Assembly (NCBI GenBank): GCA_030599585.1
Contig: JAUVNS010000007.1
Span: 128,001 to 192,000, forward strand
Length of the DNA: 64,000 nt
Reading direction: 5' to 3'
Source of the DNA: Promethearchaeota archaeon
GTDB lineage: Archaea > Asgardarchaeota > Lokiarchaeia > Sigyniarchaeales > SOKP01
Shown here one piece after another: positions 29,159-38,411 of this stretch; the first letter of the stretch is position 1; each line of letters begins with the position of its first letter. The translations under genes and the position numbers were made by a program. A model generated the notes under the pieces. It was not told where the DNA came from. It did no database searches and saw only the letters and a program-made list of their open reading frames with translations.

Positions 29159-30469
29159 TTATTTTTCAATTTTATCAACAAATTGTACCTCTATAGCTAC
29201 AATGTCATCAATAAGTTTTAATTTCCTATTAATTAAATAATGAAAATCTTTAAACGAATTAACTTTAACATGGAGCATAAGATCATACCTACCTATTAGA
29301 GATTCAATTTTCCTTACCCCATAATATTTTAAAATTTTAATGGGCATTAATTTTAAGCTACCAATCTTAATTTTTAACAAAATCTTTGCTTGGACAATGT
29401 TTCTTACTTCATGTGCGTAGCGGAGGATAATAGTTATAACTAAAAACACAATGACTATAATTAAATATCCATGAGGGAAAAATTCCTTTACAAGAATTAC
29501 TGAAAATATTAACGTACTCATTGGATCAATTAAACCCAATATACTACTCCATTGACTATATGTTAAGATCGTAGTTTTCCAATTTACTTTTGCTAAAAAG
29601 ATTAACAAGTAGGGAAGAATGGTAGCAAAAATAATCAAATAAATTATTTCCCAACGTCCCAATATCACAAAAATAAATTGAAGTTCATTAAAGAACGCAT
29701 GAGCCTCTTGAGTAATGTCTGTCTCAAAGGGCAATAATGTGATTAATATTGATGCTAAAATAAGCAAAATTACACCAGAAATAAACGCGATAGCCATCTT
29801 AATAAGAGCACGAGGAATTTTGTAATATTTGTTGATGTTAATATCTATCAATTCCTTCTTTGAGAAAGAATCTCTATCTATACTAATGTAAAGAAAAGAG
29901 CCAGTTATTGAATATAACACTAAGTAGATGAATCCAAGTAATTCAATCGGATCACCTTTTATCTCTGCACCTTGGAGTGAAACGAATGTAATGATGAGAA
30001 TTGAAAAAGAAAGCATCACAATAAATAAAACTCGAAAAGTATCGAATTTCTCGTAATTGACTCCTTTTTCATAGATGCTAATTAAAATAATTGTCATTAA
30101 CATCCCAATCATAACGAAAGGGATTGAAGTTTTCTTAAGAGCGAGAAAGAAAAATAAAATATGGAGAATAATTCCAAAGAAGCCGATAAGAAAGTAATAA
30201 TTGTATTGCCGAATTCTATAAAACCGTTTATTTTTGTGCCTTAAATTTAAAAATAACTCCTTTAGGCTAATTTTGTTTTCTTTGTTCAGGTAATTGTTTA
30301 CGAACACTAGCAGAATTGCTATGACAAATAATACCACCCCAGAAATAAAAAAACGAAGAAAAATTATAGTCAGAATTGAAATTTCAGAAAACAATCCCAT
30401 TACAACTATAGGTATAAAACTCCATAGCAAATTTGCTACTATGAGATTAATAATGATTTTATTCTGCAT
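29159..30469 (-). CDS. DMT/EamA-like membrane protein fused to a C-terminal Lrp/AsnC (RAM) domain
   Basis: 'ANLLWSF', 'IIFLRFFISG', ~10 TM segments; C-terminal 'GVRKIESLIGRYDLMLHV'. Confidence 0.75.
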   Translation of the reverse strand: MQNKIIINLIVANLLWSFIPIVVMGLFSEISILTIIFLRFFISGVVLFVIAILLVFVNNYLNKENKISLKELFLNLRHKNKRFYRIRQYNYYFLIGFFGIILHILFFFLALKKTSIPFVMIGMLMTIILISIYEKGVNYEKFDTFRVLFIVMLSFSILIITFVSLQGAEIKGDPIELLGFIYLVLYSITGSFLYISIDRDSFSKKELIDININKYYKIPRALIKMAIAFISGVILLILASILITLLPFETDITQEAHAFFNELQFIFVILGRWEIIYLIIFATILPYLLIFLAKVNWKTTILTYSQWSSILGLIDPMSTLIFSVILVKEFFPHGYLIIVIVFLVITIILRYAHEVRNIVQAKILLKIKIGSLKLMPIKILKYYGVRKIESLIGRYDLMLHVKVNSFKDFHYLINRKLKLIDDIVAIEVQFVDKIEK

Positions 30470-30614
30470 ATTAATAATTATTACTTTAAATTGTTTAAAT
30501 CAAGGTTTTCGATTACGAAATATAAAATCATTGATTATTTGAATAGTTTTCCTTAAAAAACTCCTTGATATTTGGTTCATTTACCACAGCTTTCCCAAAA
30601 GATTTGCGGTACCG

Positions 30615-32015
30615 CTAGGTGGATTTAACTTTGATATAAGTCACTACTCCAATTAGTGCCACTATTGTGAAAAATGCTAAATGAAAAAAGTTGAAACCTG
30701 GAATTTTTTTGATTCTTAAATTATTTTCTTCTATATAGACGAAAAATTGAAATATTTTTTCGCTAGCATAGTCATCCGACCATATAATATCAAAATAATG
30801 TAAAAACCCTTCAGAATTATATTCTACATAACCATGTATTGATGAGTTATTAACAGAATCAAATAATATTTCAATAGGTGCCCAATTATATGTGGAATAA
30901 TAATAAATATTCGATAAATCCGATCTCGTAAGATATGGTATTATCGGTGTAGGTATAAAATACGGAATTATATGTGGCAGTAAGTTACTTCCATTACTTT
31001 CGGAAGGATTCATAAGAAATGCCATACTCTCGGTTTTATTAGGATTTAAATCAAAATCGGCGTTATCTTCAACCCAATCCCAAATATCATAGGTAACTGT
31101 TGTGTGCGTTGTATTTTCCAGAATCGATTTAATTTTAATCTTAATTTTATCATCATTATTAAATCCAGGAAGTAATCCAAAATCATATTCCCAATTGTTT
31201 CCAAAAATTGTCTGCATCGCACTATTATTTATTTTATTTATTTTCCAAACATATTCATCATTTACTTCGCAGTTGAAATCCCATGAACCAGAAGTCATTT
31301 CATTATACTCAAAAGTAATCGCTAGATTTGAAATCGGTAAAATAGGATCAAATCTATTATAATTGGCTAAGTCTCCATAGTCAATCCCGATTAAAGGGGA
31401 AAAATAATCAAGATGATATACATTTTTATATTGAAATGTTATATCTCCATTTTCTTTTAAAATAACTTCAAAATCACCAATATTCTGCCAATTATAATAA
31501 TCATAAACATGATAATATTCAATAACAAGGTAACGATTCGGGGATGTTCCAAAGAATTCATAATAGATATCTCCCTCATATGAGGGGTCCAAATCCTCTG
31601 CTAACAAAGCAATGCAAGCGAAATTTTCAATGTTATAACTCGGAATAAAGCCTGGGAACCAGCTAGTTCCTCCTAGATTTGTCAAACTCATCCAGCCGTT
31701 TGAGCTTACGTAAATGCTTGAGAAATTCTTTTTATAAAATTCAAAATTCCAAGATGTTAAGTGTATTACATCATAAGAATCGTCAGTATTACTTATACTC
31801 ATGCGAATACCAGATTCCTTAATTTCAATCCAAGAATAATTATCATTAAACATATCATATCCGCCTCCACTCACTGAAGCAGGCTTAGTTTGAGGTTTTG
31901 TATTGTTATTTTGATCACCATATTTATAATACATTGAACAAACGGGATATAGTAATTGAAGGGCTAAAATAAGTATAATTAGTAAGTTAACTTTGGATCG
32001 CTTCTTCTTCATCAT
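30615..32015 (-). CDS. Cell-surface protein with an N-terminal nidogen-like region and a C-terminal IPGF-TM-basic sorting tail
   Basis: Signal peptide; 'FEFYKKNFSSIYVSSNGWMS', 'FEVILKENGDITFQY'; C-terminal 'IPGFNFFHLAFFTIVALIGVVTYIKVK'. Confidence 0.75.
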   Translation of the reverse strand: MMKKKRSKVNLLIILILALQLLYPVCSMYYKYGDQNNNTKPQTKPASVSGGGYDMFNDNYSWIEIKESGIRMSISNTDDSYDVIHLTSWNFEFYKKNFSSIYVSSNGWMSLTNLGGTSWFPGFIPSYNIENFACIALLAEDLDPSYEGDIYYEFFGTSPNRYLVIEYYHVYDYYNWQNIGDFEVILKENGDITFQYKNVYHLDYFSPLIGIDYGDLANYNRFDPILPISNLAITFEYNEMTSGSWDFNCEVNDEYVWKINKINNSAMQTIFGNNWEYDFGLLPGFNNDDKIKIKIKSILENTTHTTVTYDIWDWVEDNADFDLNPNKTESMAFLMNPSESNGSNLLPHIIPYFIPTPIIPYLTRSDLSNIYYYSTYNWAPIEILFDSVNNSSIHGYVEYNSEGFLHYFDIIWSDDYASEKIFQFFVYIEENNLRIKKIPGFNFFHLAFFTIVALIGVVTYIKVKST

Positions 32016-32019
32016 TTTT

Positions 32020-32805
32020 TTATCCTTTTCTATTTATTATTTTTATAATTCCTACTACACTTAAAACAACAATCCCTACAATTATAGGTGGGGCAAATAT
32101 AGGTTGAATTCCCTGTAATTCCTTAACGATGCAAAAATCTCCCCCGTATTTGATTAAATAAGATTCTAGTACTCCCGTCATAGTATATTTAATCGTTAAT
32201 GTAAAAATTTCTAAGGTAGGATAATCCAACGTAAGGGTTATCCCTTTCCCATTTACCACCGCATTAATATTTATTTCTGAATATGGATATGGATATGGAT
32301 ATTCAAAAAAGTAGTTCTGCTCTAAATAATAAATAAAAGAATCCCAATCCAAATCAGCAGGAATAAAGTATGGACCATAATAAATAGAGTTAAGATAGAG
32401 GTTTGGTTCTAAATCTTGATTATAATCCTCTCTATAAGTATAAATCGAAATACTCTCTATAGACTCGCTCTTAGTCCATTCTCCTCCGCTATATTCTGTA
32501 GTTTGAAAAAAGTTAACTTCAAATTCCACCTCTGAATAACTCGAATCATAAAGATCTGGAATTTTTTCAATATCGTTAACGATAATCTTAACACCCTCAA
32601 TGTCAATATCATCCATAAAAATCTGATTTGTATCAGCTACTAATTTTTGATAATTTAACATGTCCACGCCTATTCTCCATGTAAATTCATCTCCTTCTTG
32701 AATCTTGATATAATCATTATAATCTCTTGAAGCTATACTAAAATTTATAATTGAAATAAAAAAGAGGAGTAAAACAAAGCAAGTAAGGTTATTTTTATGT
32801 TTCAT
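32020..32805 (-). CDS. Secreted, C-terminally anchored hypothetical protein
   Basis: Signal peptide, 'EGDEFTWRI', C-terminal TM followed by 'NRKG'. Confidence 0.7.
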   Translation of the reverse strand: MKHKNNLTCFVLLLFFISIINFSIASRDYNDYIKIQEGDEFTWRIGVDMLNYQKLVADTNQIFMDDIDIEGVKIIVNDIEKIPDLYDSSYSEVEFEVNFFQTTEYSGGEWTKSESIESISIYTYREDYNQDLEPNLYLNSIYYGPYFIPADLDWDSFIYYLEQNYFFEYPYPYPYSEININAVVNGKGITLTLDYPTLEIFTLTIKYTMTGVLESYLIKYGGDFCIVKELQGIQPIFAPPIIVGIVVLSVVGIIKIINRKG

Positions 32806-33718
32806 TATAAAATCCTCGTTTTTTAATTTTTATTTTATAAATAATGTAGCCTATGACAAGACCCGCAAGATCAGAAAGGTTGAAAACTATATATGGCATA
32901 TAAAGGAAAGTATAAATTGCCCATAAACCAAACTTGAATAAAATAATAAACCCTAATAATATTTTCCCATTAATTCTAATAGGATAGATAATTCTCCAAT
33001 TTTTAGAGGGATATACAAAAACAGTATAAGAAATAATTCCTATTATCCCACTTGAGGCAAATCCCGTACAAAAAATTACCATACCATTAATAGGATATTG
33101 TTGAATTATTGAAACTCTTAGTAAAATATATAAAAATGCGGAAAGAAGAACACTTAAGAGGAAAATACTTATAAATAATTTCTTTCCAAATACATTCTCA
33201 GCTTTTCTTATAATATCATAATATACAAAGAGGATGATGATGGTAAATGCTAAACCAATATAATCACGGATAAAGAAAAAATCAAAAAGGATTATAGAAG
33301 AAGAGGAAATAAATGGAGAAGTTAAAATTGTAATTAATGAAAAAGGCAAATTAGAAATGCTAAAAGACAATTCCTGCGGAAAAAATATGAATGCAAAAGA
33401 AAGTACTGTTATTAATATGATTAATGAGTTTGTTAATAAGGCTTTCTCGGACTTACTTGGTATTTCTCTTTGGAATTTTTTTTGATTATTATATCTTTTT
33501 TGGTAGCTTCTTCTTTCACGCAATTGATAATTGGATCGACTAGATGAAGGATATTTTATAGAAGGTCTAACTTTTGGAACTACTGGTGTTTGGATTATTA
33601 TAAAAGTACACTCGTGGTTCTCTGGTAAGCGGTGTTCCAAACAATGTTTTCCACCGCAATACTTGCATTTAAATGGGAATTTATCTATTTTAACTCCACA
33701 AAACTCACAATAAGTCAA
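32795..33718 (-). CDS. AN1-type zinc finger plus rhomboid-fold membrane protein (probably catalytically inactive)
   Basis: 'CEFC...PFKCKYCGGKHCLEHRLPENHEC'; rhomboid-like 'AENVFGKKLF', 'GFASSGIIG', 'LSDLAGLVIGYI'. Confidence 0.8.
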   Translation of the reverse strand: MTYCEFCGVKIDKFPFKCKYCGGKHCLEHRLPENHECTFIIIQTPVVPKVRPSIKYPSSSRSNYQLRERRSYQKRYNNQKKFQREIPSKSEKALLTNSLIILITVLSFAFIFFPQELSFSISNLPFSLITILTSPFISSSSIILFDFFFIRDYIGLAFTIIILFVYYDIIRKAENVFGKKLFISIFLLSVLLSAFLYILLRVSIIQQYPINGMVIFCTGFASSGIIGIISYTVFVYPSKNWRIIYPIRINGKILLGFIILFKFGLWAIYTFLYMPYIVFNLSDLAGLVIGYIIYKIKIKKRGFYNET

Positions 33719-33939
33719 ACTTTTTCACTATGTAAATTTTTGACTTTTATCTTTTTAAGTATATTATCTATTTATATTCAATTCATTTATAAATCTTTTT
33801 CTTGAATTTAATTTTCTATCTCTAAGCTTATTTACCCCTTCTAATCCCATAATAAATAAGCAGAACGTCTAACATTTTAAAGAATCGAAACTTTCTAATA
33901 AATAATCATAAAAATATTTGAAAGAAATAGTGTAATAGT

Positions 33940-35199
33940 TTGCCCGACTCAAAATTTTATATAGATTTGGATAGTGAATATTGTGCTCATAATTATCATC
34001 CTATACCTGTTGTGATTTCTAAAGCAGAAGGCGTGTGGGTTTACGATCCAGAAGGAAATAAATATTTAGATTGCTTATCTGCCTATTCCTCTCAAAATGC
34101 GGGTCATTGTCATCCAGAAATTGTAAAAGCGTTAAAAGAACAAGCCGATAAAGTTACTTTAACGTCTCGTGCTTTTTATAACGATGTGATGGGTCCTTTT
34201 TTAAAAAAACTATGTGAAATAGTAGGACCGCATATCAACGATCCAAAAAATTCAGGAATAATGGCTCTGCCAATGAACACTGGAACCGAAGCAGTGTCAA
34301 CTGGTCTGAAAGTTGCTAGAGCTTGGGGTTATATTAAGAAGAAAATTCCTAAAAACGAAGCAAAAATAATTATCTGTAGAGATAATTTTCACGGGAGATC
34401 AATCACTATTGTGGGTTTTAGTACGGATATTGAGGCTGTAAGATACTACGGTAATTTTGGTCCTTACACTCCCGGTTTTGTTACGATCCCTTATGGGGAT
34501 GCTGATGAATTAGAAAATACTATTTTAGAAATCGGTGCTGAAAATGTAGCGGCGTTTCTATTCGAACCTATTCAAGGAGAAGCAGGGGTTAATGTACCTC
34601 CAGAAGGTTTCCTTAGAAAAGTTAGAGAAATATGCACAAAATACAATGTTCTAATGATCGCTGACGAGATTCAAACGGGTTTCGGAAGAACAGGAGAATT
34701 ATTTGCTTGTGATCACGAAAGTGTAAAACCTGACGCGATTCTACTTGGTAAAGCGTTAGGTGGAGGCGTTTACCCTGTTTCTGCCGTAGTTACTACAAGA
34801 GACATTATTGGTCCTGACGTAATTAAACCAGGAACTCACGGAAGCACATTTGGTGGAAATCCTTTAGCTTCGGCTGTCGCTCTGAAATCCTTAGAAATTC
34901 ATATTGACGATCATTTAGCGCAGCGGTCAAAAGAATTTGGAGCCTATTTCTTGGATGGTCTTAGTAAAATAGCAGAAAAGAAAACTATCGTACCTATTAA
35001 AGAAGTTAGAGGGAAAGGATTGTTGATGGCGATTGAGTTTGAATCCGACGCAAGACACATAGTAGAATTATTTAAAGATAATGGAGTTTTAGCAAAACAT
35101 ACTCATTCTACAACTATTCGTTTTGCACCTCCGCTAATAATTACTAAGGATCAAATCGATTGGGCTCTTAAAATTATCGAAGATGTTCTAATAGTTTAA
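33940..35199 (+). CDS. rocD: Ornithine--oxo-acid aminotransferase
   Basis: 'AHNYHPIPVV', 'LSAYSSQNAGHCHP', 'EPIQGEAGV', 'ADEIQTG', 'LGKALGGG', 'HGSTFGGNP'. Confidence 0.95.
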   Translation: MPDSKFYIDLDSEYCAHNYHPIPVVISKAEGVWVYDPEGNKYLDCLSAYSSQNAGHCHPEIVKALKEQADKVTLTSRAFYNDVMGPFLKKLCEIVGPHINDPKNSGIMALPMNTGTEAVSTGLKVARAWGYIKKKIPKNEAKIIICRDNFHGRSITIVGFSTDIEAVRYYGNFGPYTPGFVTIPYGDADELENTILEIGAENVAAFLFEPIQGEAGVNVPPEGFLRKVREICTKYNVLMIADEIQTGFGRTGELFACDHESVKPDAILLGKALGGGVYPVSAVVTTRDIIGPDVIKPGTHGSTFGGNPLASAVALKSLEIHIDDHLAQRSKEFGAYFLDGLSKIAEKKTIVPIKEVRGKGLLMAIEFESDARHIVELFKDNGVLAKHTHSTTIRFAPPLIITKDQIDWALKIIEDVLIV

Positions 35200-35222
35200 A
35201 AGTTCTGCCGTTTAATTATGCT

Positions 35223-36146
35223 TTACATCTTTTTATTATCTTCTATAAAAAAATGAGTACCTGCTTTACCTTCGAGTGCTTTAGTTATTTTTTCTATTGA
35301 TGTAATAATAGCTTGTTCACCACCAGATTCAAGGAAATTTATTACGGCTTGTATCTTAGGACCCATACTTCCCGGAGGAAAATGTCCTTGCTTTAGATAA
35401 TCTTTAGCATCTGCAGTTGAAACCTTATCGAGGTATTTATAATCGACTCTACCGTAGTTCAAGGCTACTTTTTCGACATCTGTAGCAATTATTAAGATAT
35501 CTGCGCCTATCTGTTCTCCTAATTTTGCACTAGCTAAATCTTTGTCTATAACAGCTTCAACGCCTTGAAAGCGAGGACCTTCAGCAATAACGGGAACGCC
35601 ACCGCCACCACATGAAATAACGATAAAATTCTCCTGCATTAACTTTTTAATTTCTCGAGATTGAACTATCCTTATTGGTTTTGGTGAAGGAACTACGCGT
35701 CTCCATCCTTTTGACGTTTTCACGTATCCAGGGCGCTTTCTTTTGTATGCCGGCCCAATTGGTTTTGTAGGGTGAGTAAACGCTTTATCATTAGGGTCAA
35801 CTTCAACATAAGTTAAAACAGTTAAGAAATATTTTTCCAGATCAGTACCAAGTCGCGTGAGTTCTTCATCTAGGGTAGATTCAATTAAAAAACCTATTTG
35901 TCCTTGAGTTTCAGCGACTAATATCTGCAAAGGCATTCTTGTGATTTCATCAGACGCTTCTTGTTGAAGAAGTAGCGCACCTACTTGAGGGCCATTACCA
36001 TGTACAATAATAATATTATAATTTTCTGATAATTTAGCAATTTGCTTTATAGGTGCTTGCAAGTTATTAATCATCTGCTCGGGCGTTCCTCTTTCTCCCG
36101 GTTTTATGAGAGCATTTCCTCCAAGCGCAACAATTAGCGTTTTCAT
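35223..36146 (-). CDS. arcC: Carbamate kinase
   Basis: 'ALGGNAL', 'HGNGPQVG', 'PTKPIG', 'RRVVPSPKP', 'VIDKD', 'GSMGPK'. Confidence 0.97.
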   Translation of the reverse strand: MKTLIVALGGNALIKPGERGTPEQMINNLQAPIKQIAKLSENYNIIIVHGNGPQVGALLLQQEASDEITRMPLQILVAETQGQIGFLIESTLDEELTRLGTDLEKYFLTVLTYVEVDPNDKAFTHPTKPIGPAYKRKRPGYVKTSKGWRRVVPSPKPIRIVQSREIKKLMQENFIVISCGGGGVPVIAEGPRFQGVEAVIDKDLASAKLGEQIGADILIIATDVEKVALNYGRVDYKYLDKVSTADAKDYLKQGHFPPGSMGPKIQAVINFLESGGEQAIITSIEKITKALEGKAGTHFFIEDNKKM

Positions 36147-36269
36147 TCAAGAGAACCTTTACGACAAACGATATAAAAGCAAATGAAAAATAATAATATT
36201 TTACTTTTTATTTAAAGCTTTTCTCTTCAATATGGTACAATATTATTCATCAAATGAAAAGAAAAAATT

Positions 36270-37202
36270 TTAAAATTTATCTCGTAAGAAGAGCATAATT
36301 GCTTTTTGGCTATGCAATCTGTTTTCTGCCTGATCGAATACATACGATTGAGGACCATCTATAACTTCAGCAGTTTGTTCATAACCTCTTTTAGCTGGCA
36401 AACAGTTCATAAAAATTGCGTCTGGTTTAGCAGCTTCCATTATCTGTGAGTTGACTTGGAATGGTGCGAAAATTTTCCGTCGTTCTTCTTCTTTATCAAC
36501 TGGGATACCATATGACATCCAGGAGTCGGTATAGATTACATCAGAATCTCTCGCAGCATTATAGGCATCATGAATAATATTTACATATGCCCCAGTTTCT
36601 TTTGATATTTGAGAGACTTCATCAAGAACTTCTTGTTCAGGCGTATATTCTGATCCTACGGGACAGGCAACATCTAATTCTAAACCAAAAATTGCAGCAA
36701 TCCGCATTAAATCGTATGTTACGTTATTATACGCATCTCCGAAATAACTTATTTTAAGATTTTCCAAACTTCCTAATTTCTCTTTTATAGTTAAGAAATC
36801 TCCCATCATTTGGCACGGATGCGCGAAATCATCCAGCATGTTGATAACCGGCACTTCAGCGTGTTGAGCTAAATCTAACATGTCGTGTCTTTTAAACAAT
36901 CTTGCTGCTATTATATTTACGAACCTTGAGGCCGTTTTTGCTGTATCGTGGATATTTTCTTTTTTACCGAGTGGAGAATCCTTAATTGAATAAAAAATAG
37001 CATGACCTCCTAATTGCTGCATCCCTACTTCAAAAGATATTCTTGTCCTTAAGGAGGGTTTCTCAAATATCATTAAAAGTGTTTCTCCTTTAAGTGCGGA
37101 GTCAAAAAGATGAGGATTTAGTTTAATCTCTGAAGCTTTATTAATTATTTTCTCGATTTCCGCCTTCGAAAGGTCAGAAATTTTTAATAAATGTCGAACC
37201 AT
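36270..37202 (-). CDS. arcB: Ornithine carbamoyltransferase (likely catabolic in this context)
   Basis: 'KPSLRTRISFE', 'HPCQ', 'YTDSWMS', 'CLPA', 'QAENRLH'. Confidence 0.92.
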   Translation of the reverse strand: MVRHLLKISDLSKAEIEKIINKASEIKLNPHLFDSALKGETLLMIFEKPSLRTRISFEVGMQQLGGHAIFYSIKDSPLGKKENIHDTAKTASRFVNIIAARLFKRHDMLDLAQHAEVPVINMLDDFAHPCQMMGDFLTIKEKLGSLENLKISYFGDAYNNVTYDLMRIAAIFGLELDVACPVGSEYTPEQEVLDEVSQISKETGAYVNIIHDAYNAARDSDVIYTDSWMSYGIPVDKEEERRKIFAPFQVNSQIMEAAKPDAIFMNCLPAKRGYEQTAEVIDGPQSYVFDQAENRLHSQKAIMLFLRDKF

Positions 37203-37242
37203 TTTAACATCAATGAATCTATCAGATAATACTTTATATTTT

Positions 37243-38409
37243 TTACTTTAAATCTTCTATTTTATGATTATCGCGACCGTGAGCAAGTTCTTTTAACATC
37301 TCTTGATCTTTTAAACTTAATTTTTCTGTAATTACACGGCTTAGGAGTTCACCGAGTCCAGGTCCAAGCATGAAACCTTGGCCGCACATACCCACTGCGT
37401 TAATGTATCCTTCAATATTGTCGATTTTTCCAATTATAGGATTTCCGTCTGGAGTCATGGGATACAATCCTCTCCATGTTCTTCTAATTTTAATGTTTTT
37501 TAATCGCGGCAGTAAATTAACCATTCTTTTTGTAATTTGTGGCAAGAACGAGCTAGTTTCGCGACGATCTATACCGGGAATGTTAGGTTCTGGTGTAAGA
37601 CAAAAAATAATTTTACCTTCTTTATTTTGATAGAAATAATAATTTTTTGAGTTTCCAAACTTCTCATCTGTAGCAGGTTTGATGTCAATAACCATCGTAG
37701 AAAAGAATTTTTTAACGGGCTCCGTAATTCCGGCTTCATGGCTTTCTGGAAAAACAGGTAAATCAATATTTATCATATTACCAATGTCTTTAGCGTGAGC
37801 TCCTGTTGCGTTAATTATTGTCTGAGCTTTATATTCCGCTTTATTGGTTTTTACGCCAGTGATTTTTTTATCTTTTGTAGTGATGTCAATTACTTCTTCG
37901 CTAAAGTTATACTCTGCTCCAAATTCCCTTGATTTACGATAAAAAGCATGAAGTGCTAACAAAGGAGAGGAATTTCCATCTTCAGGACTATACGTACCGC
38001 CCAATAAATTGTCGTTATTTATTCCAGGAACTAATTCTTTGATTTTATCAGCATTTACATAATCTATATTTAACCCATATTCTTTTTGTTGTCGAACCGT
38101 ATTTTTTAATATTTGTTCGTGTTCGTTAGTAAACGCGAGAAAACAATAACCACCTTGTTCCCACCATATATCGTCTTCATACAATTCTTTCCAAGAAGCA
38201 AAAATTTCTATTGATCTTTGACATAACCAAATCTTGCTTTTAAGCGAATGAGTTGCCCTAATCCCTCCAATAGCGTGCTTATTATCTCCCTGAGCCACAG
38301 AAGGCAAACTATCAAGAACTAGCGTTTTAAGCCCAGTTTTTGCCGTAGCTAAAGCAGTTGGGACGCCTACACTACCAGCCCCTATGATGATAACATCGAA
38401 TTCCGTCAA
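37243..38409 (-). CDS. FAD-dependent amine/amino acid oxidoreductase (proline dehydrogenase beta / sarcosine oxidase beta-like)
   Basis: 'IIGAGSVG', 'GGIRA', 'WRGLYPMTPDGNPIIG', 'GQGFMLGPG'. Confidence 0.85.
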   Translation of the reverse strand: MTEFDVIIIGAGSVGVPTALATAKTGLKTLVLDSLPSVAQGDNKHAIGGIRATHSLKSKIWLCQRSIEIFASWKELYEDDIWWEQGGYCFLAFTNEHEQILKNTVRQQKEYGLNIDYVNADKIKELVPGINNDNLLGGTYSPEDGNSSPLLALHAFYRKSREFGAEYNFSEEVIDITTKDKKITGVKTNKAEYKAQTIINATGAHAKDIGNMINIDLPVFPESHEAGITEPVKKFFSTMVIDIKPATDEKFGNSKNYYFYQNKEGKIIFCLTPEPNIPGIDRRETSSFLPQITKRMVNLLPRLKNIKIRRTWRGLYPMTPDGNPIIGKIDNIEGYINAVGMCGQGFMLGPGLGELLSRVITEKLSLKDQEMLKELAHGRDNHKIEDLK

Positions 38410-38411
38410 GA

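Noticed and set aside
32279-32302. Short (ATATGG)n tandem repeat encoding YPYPYPY
   Set aside because: A low-complexity coding microsatellite, not a CRISPR or mobile-element repeat.
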